Source: Candidatus Thorarchaeota archaeon
GTDB taxonomy: Archaea > Asgardarchaeota > Thorarchaeia > Thorarchaeales > Thorarchaeaceae
Length of the DNA: 42,551 bases
Assembly: GCA_048884965.1 (NCBI GenBank)
Contig: JBHLQH010000031.1
Span: 1-42,551, forward strand
Direction of reading: 5' to 3'
In this document: positions 36,039-42,551 of the stretch, in pieces
How positions within the stretch are numbered: the stretch's first letter is position 1
Layout: each line of letters starts with the position of its first letter
Position numbers and translations under genes: made by a program
The notes under the pieces: model-generated
The model's input: the letters and a program-made list of their open reading frames with translations, nothing else
Told to the model about the DNA's origin: nothing
The model's database searches: none

Positions 36039-38551
36039 TAGAGGAGGCACTTACTGTAATTGAGAACTATCTGAAGTTGGTCCGAGACTATCTTCCCGAA
36101 AGCATCGCTATAGATGTGATCGAGGAACTGAGGGCGTATATCATAGATGCAGCAGAGGAGGAAGGTGGCGGATCTCTCACTGTCGAATCTGCAAAGCGAA
36201 CCGTTGCTAGATTTGGTGCACCTTCAGAAGTAGCAGAGGAATACAAGGAGTCCATGATGCTTGATGAGGAAGAAGAAGATGCCGAGGTTTCTGTGTCCTC
36301 ATCGCCACCGATAACTACACCAAAATCAGCCATTCATGAGAAATCAATTCGGACCGCAGATATCAGTCCTGACCGAGTATCTAGCAATATCGAAGCGATG
36401 TTTCATTTCATCTTGGTTGCTGGGATACTGATCTGTCTTACTGCTTATCCTGCTTGGATTACTGCACTCATCATCGCTCCCATTCAGCTAGCTTTGATCA
36501 CTGGATTTGCTATATGGATTGCATTCCGGAATGCAATATTAGGTATAAAGCCTACAAAACGCAGTTATGATGACTGGCCATTCCTACAACGTTTAGTATC
36601 ATATCCTGACAAATTCCTGCCTTTACAAAGCAAGGTAGGACTCATGTTCGAGCTTGCCTTAATGCTATGTACAGTCGCCGCGACAGTAGTATCTCCACCA
36701 ATGCTTGTGATTGTACCAGCATTTCTATTTCGAATATTAATCCTTACTAGAAGACTGTCAGACAATGATCCGATTAGTTATGCACGTGCTGATTTCGCTG
36801 TTGAATTCATCAGCGTTTTGAGTATCAATCTGGGATTCTTCCTATCATTCACTAGTTCGTTCTATTGGTATAATCCACTGTTCCCAATTGTTGCTATTCT
36901 AGCAGGATTCTTTGATGTCTTTATGGTAATCAGATTGACTGCACTAGTTCCGGATCTCTGGATTCAAAGTGAAGACCTTAGTAGCAAGTCACATAGTATC
37001 ACCACAATAGAAATTGCTGATAAAGGTGGAAGGCCTACAAGTCATGAAGGTGTCTTTGCTAAAACAGCTATCTTGAGTCTATTCTGGACAGTCGTGATTC
37101 CCCTTTTCATTTTCCCGTTCACGAGTTCTGCAAGTTTCATTGGATATTACATGATCTTCGTAATCTTCTTCCAAATCCCCGGGTTAATGGGACTTCAACT
37201 GGGTAACATTGCGCGTATCAAGAGAAAGGGAACTATATTATGGGATGAGAGTAATTCCTCGTGGTCGTTATTGAGAAGGTTTCTCACACTACCAAAAGGA
37301 ACGTATCTGGAGCAATCTACAACCATCCTTAGAGCAGACCTTCTTTTCACATTTATCTTAGCAGTTGCGTCACTATCTGTAATGCTTACCTATAATATAC
37401 CATTGGACCTCCAGTTGTCCTTATTGTTATTCGCTACATTCATGGGGATTAGAGTCATTCTACTTGATGATAGGTGGAGGAACCCGGTAGAACGGAGCTT
37501 TGATCGGGCAGAGTTCTTTGTGAATATCGCCATCTTGATTATTGGAACGTTTATACTCTCGATGTTCTTCCGGCCAGACGATATGTGGTCTAGGTTCTGG
37601 GCAAGGTATGAATTACAGAATTACTTCTATGCAATTTGGTCGTTTCTCAGCCTTTACCTACTCTTTAGTACTGTGGCTCGAGGACAAACCCTTTGGAAAG
37701 ACCGTGTACCAGAAGAGCCTAGATCAGAAAGAACGAAAATAAGTGATGAAGTTCCTTATGATCGACCACGGATTCGCAAGTTGGTAACTGAGAAGTACGG
37801 CAATGCACTGAGTGAAGCTGCTGGATGGAGTGCTGTACTCGGAATCGTCATGGGCATCGTTATCCTCATGGGGCTTGATGATCTCTCTGTATTCATTCTA
37901 TTTACTTATGGCTCTGGAATCGGGATACTTATTGGGATTACTCTGTTTGCAGGGTTAGTCCTAACTACACTCTATTTCGTTTGGCGAAGAAATGGAGTCG
38001 CAAAAGAAATGAATCCAAGGGTGATTGGCAAAAGAAGGAGAATCGAAGCTACTATTGACTTGCTGGTTACAGGCTATGCCTTCTGGTTTGTGCTGAGCAA
38101 CCAGATGACATTTCTGAATCTTGCTCGTGGATATGCATCCCATTTGACATCACTATCAGAGGCTCATACCCCTATAGGGATTGTCATATCAACTCTATTC
38201 ATGACTCTTTTATTCTTGACACCATTGATCAGAGTGTTCTCAGACCTTGGAGGACTTGTAGGTGGAGATAACAGATTCTCTAGAAATACGCTCATGACGA
38301 GTGGCGCTTTCTATGTTATACTCTTAGGAATTCTTGTTGGAATGACACCATACTCAGGATTTGGGACTTTTCTACAAGCGAGTGTCTACGGGTTCACTGG
38401 ATTAATCCTCCTCTTAGCAGCACCGATCATATTACAAACGATCACATCGAAATTCCATATGATGGAAATCCCAAGAGAGTTGCCTCGTTCTAGGAAGGAA
38501 CCTTTGATCGAGGATCTTGGTCACGGTGAGATTGATTTGCCTATCAACTGA
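36035..38551 (+). CDS. HAAS-like signalling domain fused to a large internally repeated membrane region
   Basis: N-terminal IENYL..V...LP...EELRAYI.D...FGAPSEVA..Y; about 15 TMs in three blocks; ATGA overlap with padR. Confidence 0.8.
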   Translation: MIEEALTVIENYLKLVRDYLPESIAIDVIEELRAYIIDAAEEEGGGSLTVESAKRTVARFGAPSEVAEEYKESMMLDEEEEDAEVSVSSSPPITTPKSAIHEKSIRTADISPDRVSSNIEAMFHFILVAGILICLTAYPAWITALIIAPIQLALITGFAIWIAFRNAILGIKPTKRSYDDWPFLQRLVSYPDKFLPLQSKVGLMFELALMLCTVAATVVSPPMLVIVPAFLFRILILTRRLSDNDPISYARADFAVEFISVLSINLGFFLSFTSSFYWYNPLFPIVAILAGFFDVFMVIRLTALVPDLWIQSEDLSSKSHSITTIEIADKGGRPTSHEGVFAKTAILSLFWTVVIPLFIFPFTSSASFIGYYMIFVIFFQIPGLMGLQLGNIARIKRKGTILWDESNSSWSLLRRFLTLPKGTYLEQSTTILRADLLFTFILAVASLSVMLTYNIPLDLQLSLLLFATFMGIRVILLDDRWRNPVERSFDRAEFFVNIAILIIGTFILSMFFRPDDMWSRFWARYELQNYFYAIWSFLSLYLLFSTVARGQTLWKDRVPEEPRSERTKISDEVPYDRPRIRKLVTEKYGNALSEAAGWSAVLGIVMGIVILMGLDDLSVFILFTYGSGIGILIGITLFAGLVLTTLYFVWRRNGVAKEMNPRVIGKRRRIEATIDLLVTGYAFWFVLSNQMTFLNLARGYASHLTSLSEAHTPIGIVISTLFMTLLFLTPLIRVFSDLGGLVGGDNRFSRNTLMTSGAFYVILLGILVGMTPYSGFGTFLQASVYGFTGLILLLAAPIILQTITSKFHMMEIPRELPRSRKEPLIEDLGHGEIDLPIN

Positions 38552-38651
38552 GTATCATTGTTCCTGAATAGTGATTTTAGGTACACAAGCATTACTAAAT
38601 CCTGTATCTTTATTTGAATAAGGTAAGTTGGTTGGTCAGGATTGTGTACGG

Positions 38652-40535
38652 ATGATTAGAAGAAAGAGTGGGATGCTAGCAGGAATAGTAGTACTCATTG
38701 TACTATCTTGCAGCATCCCAGTCTCGACTCAATCGAGTTATGCATTTGTCATAGATTCACTATATGACTCTGATGAACTACTTCCCTACCCAGACCTTTC
38801 CGGCCCTCTAAATTACCTTGAGGTTGGAAGTTCGAACGAATTCTCCTTCTCAATTGAGGAGGACACAGATCTATCGAATATTGCTGTTCTCAACTGGACT
38901 CATTTCGCAGGCACCTACTTAGAATATGATACAACTCCATCTCTGCCCGTGTGCCAAGAGTTTGTGTATTTTTCTCAATACTTTTCTTGGAACCATGAAG
39001 TAATTCCAACTGCCCTGAATGTTTCTTTATTCTATCAAGTTGAAGCTTCGGGGAATTTCCTGCAAGATAATTGGCCGGGAATGTTTGAGGTTCAAGTCTG
39101 GCTTATTATGGAAGATGGTACGAGAAGAGTGGCAAACAGATTCTATTGGGGCCACACAGGATATCAACATCATTTCTCACTCATCGATCTATCTTCAATT
39201 GATATGGTATTCACACCTCTTGTGAATTCTGAAGAGACACAAGCCCAGCTTGCTATTGCACTAGTACCTTCTTGGCGTTTTCTTGACGACTTTGGTCAAC
39301 AGCCATGGCAATACTATAATGGATCCGTTATTGCACGATTCAGAGAAGTGCATTTGGATGCACTTTATCGAGAAAGTAAAGAGAAACCAAATGTACGAGC
39401 ACCAATCTTCAATAATACGTGGAAGCTAGGTGATTCAGATAGATTTCAAGATTCAGAGCTCGATTCAAACCAAGATCTGTATATCCTTACAGTTCAAGAC
39501 TACAATGGTGCACCTTGGGGAACGACACTCACTAAAGTGAATAGGCAATCTCAGATTCTCTGGCAAAAGAGCTGGAATGGAACTGAGGCAATCTTTTGGA
39601 GAGGACTTTCTGTTTCGAGTTCTCGAATATATCTGATAGCTGAGGTCGAAGCATCTCCAGGTAGTGATATTCTAGTTGAATCATATACCTTGCAAGGGGT
39701 ATTCGTAGAACAGATCACACTTGATATTATGACATTCGACTTTGCGGCTGAAATCGCTGTAGGTCCTGATGATTCTATATATCTTGGAACATACACAAGC
39801 GTTCAGATGGAAAGGAATTTTCTGGTGAAACTCGATAGTGCGTTGATACCACAATGGACAGAGAATTTCGGTTCCTACCAATATGATACTATCAGGTCGC
39901 TTCAAGTAGACTCTCAAGGAAATGCATACACCCGAACAGACCATACCATAACCAAGTTTGGTCAGAACGGATCATTCGAATGGGAGATTGACGCTTTTGA
40001 TAAAGAGATGTTCGTTTGTCAGGACGGTTCTTCTATTATAACTTCATCAACTGGATGGGCGACAAATATTACCATGGTTAGTGAAAATGGGGATTCCATA
40101 TGGTCGTTCAAGAGCCAGTTTAGATATACGCCAACGTGGAGAGAATTATTCTATGCATCTTGGTTTGCGGAAGGTCCTGATAGTTTACTATATGCTCTCT
40201 ATACAACTTATGGATATCATACTTCTACAATCATCGTCGTTTTCAACATGGAAGGTGAACAACTAGAGAACTATACCGTTGCATTCTCGAACATTGCGTA
40301 CTCAGGAATAGATGTACCTCGTTTTCGCCGTATCCACATAACTGAAGACAATTCTATCTATGTCGTTGGAAGAATAATGGATGATGACTGGAACTATGAA
40401 GTCACAGTAAGTGTCTTTGGTGCAGAACCGCTAATTCTTGGAATACCATCAACGACATTCATCTCAACGACCATAGGGCTATCTGTTGTCACAATTGTCA
40501 TAGTCTTCCTACAATATAGAAAAGGTCAATCATAA
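38652..40535 (+). CDS. Secreted/surface protein with beta-propeller-like region and C-terminal TM anchor
   Basis: Signal peptide; repeats of the type DS.GN.Y...K....G...W; C-terminal TM with basic tail. Confidence 0.75.
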   Translation: MIRRKSGMLAGIVVLIVLSCSIPVSTQSSYAFVIDSLYDSDELLPYPDLSGPLNYLEVGSSNEFSFSIEEDTDLSNIAVLNWTHFAGTYLEYDTTPSLPVCQEFVYFSQYFSWNHEVIPTALNVSLFYQVEASGNFLQDNWPGMFEVQVWLIMEDGTRRVANRFYWGHTGYQHHFSLIDLSSIDMVFTPLVNSEETQAQLAIALVPSWRFLDDFGQQPWQYYNGSVIARFREVHLDALYRESKEKPNVRAPIFNNTWKLGDSDRFQDSELDSNQDLYILTVQDYNGAPWGTTLTKVNRQSQILWQKSWNGTEAIFWRGLSVSSSRIYLIAEVEASPGSDILVESYTLQGVFVEQITLDIMTFDFAAEIAVGPDDSIYLGTYTSVQMERNFLVKLDSALIPQWTENFGSYQYDTIRSLQVDSQGNAYTRTDHTITKFGQNGSFEWEIDAFDKEMFVCQDGSSIITSSTGWATNITMVSENGDSIWSFKSQFRYTPTWRELFYASWFAEGPDSLLYALYTTYGYHTSTIIVVFNMEGEQLENYTVAFSNIAYSGIDVPRFRRIHITEDNSIYVVGRIMDDDWNYEVTVSVFGAEPLILGIPSTTFISTTIGLSVVTIVIVFLQYRKGQS

Positions 40536-40623
40536 CTTGGAGTCAGTAGCTCATGTTTATTTGGTTTCATGGCAATTCATAAACAAAGGCTGTGAATAAC
40601 TCAAAGGAGTGTAGTTGATAGGC

Positions 40624-41541
40624 ATGCAAGATCTTGTGGCGTTAGGAGAAATTATGTGGAATATTTCAATAGGGGTCTTCATTGCTGGATTATTCTATAC
40701 TTTCGGGATGTTCTTCTTAGGGAAACTATTTGCCGCAATTTCAGAGCATGGCGTGGAACATGATGTAGAGAAGGAGATTGACCATGATGTGGATCATGAT
40801 GTGGATCATGATGTCGAGCATGATGTAGAGCACGATGTGGATCACGATTATGATGTTGATCATGACATTGACCATGATGTAGACCACGATTATGATGCAG
40901 ATCATGATTATGACCATCATGTAGAACATGACGCAGAGAAAGAGATTGATCATCATATAGACCATGATGTGGAAAAGGAAATTGATCATGTTGCTGAGAA
41001 GGATTATGATCACCATGTGGAGAAAGACTATGATCATCATATTGACATAGACTCGGACTTGGACCCAGATGGACACTCAGGTTTCTTCGAATTCTCAAGA
41101 GATGCACCTCTTGGTGTCACAATTGGTACATCACTAGTAAGCTTTGGATTCATTGGAACCTTGGTCTATTTGGAAGAAGTCCCGTTACCGTTCTTTTCAA
41201 AGGTTCTATTTCAATTTCTAACAGTCTTCGCGATTGTCTATTCGATAAGATACGTTCTTGGAAGGATCTTCGTAGAGTCTGGATTTCATATTACACCGAA
41301 GCACCTTGTAGGAAGAAATGTTGAAGCCGTATCAACCATACATGATAACTTCGGTGAGATACGTACAGATACAGAAATGGGACTCCGAAGATTTCATGCA
41401 AGACCCTTTGAAAAAGGTATGACCTACAAGAGGGGTAATGAACTTTGGATCATATCAGCAGATGAGAAGTTCGTATATGTCGACCATCGAAAAGACGCTA
41501 AGAAATGGGTGCAGGAGCAGAGTAAGACCCAAGAAGTGTAA
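40624..41541 (+). CDS. NfeD/YqiJ/YuaF-like membrane protein with long His/Asp repeat
   Basis: TM, a 111-aa DHDV-type tract, two TMs (SFGFIG), and an OB-like tail (LVGR.VE..STI...FGEI). Lies upstream of an SPFH gene. Confidence 0.78.
   Translation: MQDLVALGEIMWNISIGVFIAGLFYTFGMFFLGKLFAAISEHGVEHDVEKEIDHDVDHDVDHDVEHDVEHDVDHDYDVDHDIDHDVDHDYDADHDYDHHVEHDAEKEIDHHIDHDVEKEIDHVAEKDYDHHVEKDYDHHIDIDSDLDPDGHSGFFEFSRDAPLGVTIGTSLVSFGFIGTLVYLEEVPLPFFSKVLFQFLTVFAIVYSIRYVLGRIFVESGFHITPKHLVGRNVEAVSTIHDNFGEIRTDTEMGLRRFHARPFEKGMTYKRGNELWIISADEKFVYVDHRKDAKKWVQEQSKTQEV
40744..41076 (+). repeat. 12-bp-unit coding repeat (DHDV/EHDV/EKEI/DHDY)
   Basis: GATCATGATGTG-like units; about 24 His in 111 aa. Confidence 0.92.
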
Positions 41542-41665
41542 TTTTCAACCCAGAGAATTTGCCTTTTCAACTTGACTCTTCAAGCAGCGCGAAGAGTCAC
41601 TATTAATAGTAAATCAGACACATTCTCACATGTTCTCATCTTTCTCGTTTTCTCCTCAGGGAACA

Positions 41666-41709
41666 GGGGAAGGAATCCGTAATCCTTCCCCATAATTTTC
41701 CTTTTTCTC
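41666..41709 (+). terminator. Hairpin followed by T-rich tract after the NfeD-like gene
   Basis: GGGGAAGGA-N8-TCCTTCCCC followed by ATAATTTTCCTTTTTC. Confidence 0.55.
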
Positions 41710-41883
41710 TGAAAGGGTTTATATTCCTTCAGACGTTGGTTCACATGAGTGCATAATCTCCGGAAAATATCTGGATGTGGCTCAATAGGAGAGTCGTGGT
41801 ACTGGTTCTTCGAGGGCGCATGCAGATAGTCGAAGGAGTAGTCATACAATGCACCATAGAAAACGGTGTGAGTAGAAAATCAA

Positions 41884-42551
41884 ATGCAAATAGGAATACT
41901 AGACGTTTGGGGTCTTTATCTGGGATTGGGGATAATTCTCATCGTATTGCTATTGGCTTTATACGTTAAGAAGTATATACGAATCTTTGATCCTAACATC
42001 TTCTACGTCCACCTTCGAAAAGGTAAAGCTATCAAGCAAGGCGAGGGTGGAATGGTAATTAGGATACCTTTCCTGGATAGGATACTTGCAGTTGATAGAA
42101 CTGTCCAACAATTGGATATCTCGGCTGAGTCGGTTTTATCCAAGGAAAAACAGAAGATCAAACTGAGTGCAGTCTTACAATGGCAAGCAGAGAATGCTAT
42201 CGCTACAATCAACAACGTCAAGTGGAGTGAAATTCCACCTCGATTAACTGCTATCATTGAATCTGTTATCAGAACTGCATGTGCACAACTTTCAGTTGAA
42301 GAAGTACTGGAAGAACGTCAACTCATTATTGAAGCTATCAAAAAGGAACTAATTGACATTGTTAGTGAATGGGGTCTTAAAGTCGTTACTGTCGAGCTAG
42401 TAGATGTATCAGTTGTTAATGATTCATTCTTAAGAGACATGGCAAAGCCTAGAGAGGCTGAAATGCATCGTCTTGCGCAGATTGCTCTCATTGACGCAGA
42501 TCAGGCTACAGGTACTCGTGATATTGAAAGAACGAAAGTTCTTCGTCAGCA
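41884..42551 (+). CDS. SPFH/Band-7 flotillin-like protein (3' truncated; absent from the ORF track)
   Basis: MQIGILDVWGLYLGLGIILIVLLL (TM)...IPFLDRI...LSKEKQ...IESVIRTACAQLSVEEVLEER...WGLKVVTVELVDV. Open to the window end. Confidence 0.9.
   Translation, partial: MQIGILDVWGLYLGLGIILIVLLLALYVKKYIRIFDPNIFYVHLRKGKAIKQGEGGMVIRIPFLDRILAVDRTVQQLDISAESVLSKEKQKIKLSAVLQWQAENAIATINNVKWSEIPPRLTAIIESVIRTACAQLSVEEVLEERQLIIEAIKKELIDIVSEWGLKVVTVELVDVSVVNDSFLRDMAKPREAEMHRLAQIALIDADQATGTRDIERTKVLRQ

Noticed and set aside
40679-41107. His-rich and Ile/Met-rich antisense ORFs; CRISPR-like appearance of the repeat
   Set aside because: They are shadows of the plus-strand DHDV coding repeat; there is no repeat-spacer structure.
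41580-41969. ORFs 41580-41849 (-) and 41775-41969 (+)
   Set aside because: No motifs; the second overlaps the flotillin start out of frame.
431-42257. Remaining 60-110 aa ORFs nested within or antisense to long genes
   Set aside because: Typical shadow ORFs of well-supported coding regions.

Overview
A gene-dense, roughly 40% GC prokaryotic fragment that reads as archaeal, most likely Asgard (Thorarchaeia-like). This taxonomy is inferred from the Rab-like small GTPase, GGTGA/GGAGG ribosome-binding sites, TATA-type promoters and the many C-terminally anchored surface proteins; no marker gene confirms it. No rRNA, tRNA, CRISPR array or transposase was seen. From left to right the window holds: a degenerate multi-TM histidine-kinase-like sensor; an unannotated 2x[4Fe-4S] ferredoxin that appears to need an ATT start; a circularly permuted family-5 solute-binding protein; GyrI-like, MBL, GTPase and methyltransferase genes; a minus-strand run of radical SAM, GNAT, tldD, pmbA and a 16-aa-repeat protein; a tandemly duplicated cassette of a double FtsX/MacB-like permease plus an SBBP beta-propeller with no ATPase; aminotransferase, thioredoxin and EamA genes; two membrane Zn-ribbon/B-box-like proteins; adenine deaminase; an ECF S-component; a Cys-containing HTH protein; two membrane redoxins; a PadR/HAAS pair; and a His/Asp-repeat NfeD-like gene followed by a truncated flotillin/SPFH gene. 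The strongest unexplained signal is a candidate ~160-nt minus-strand structured ncRNA at about 32076-32235. It has its own TATA box and U-tract, all of its G-U pairs fall on the minus strand, and it is divergent from the HTH gene across an operator-like repeat array. Further structured intergenic elements lie at 87-253, 31132-31330 and 41666-41883.
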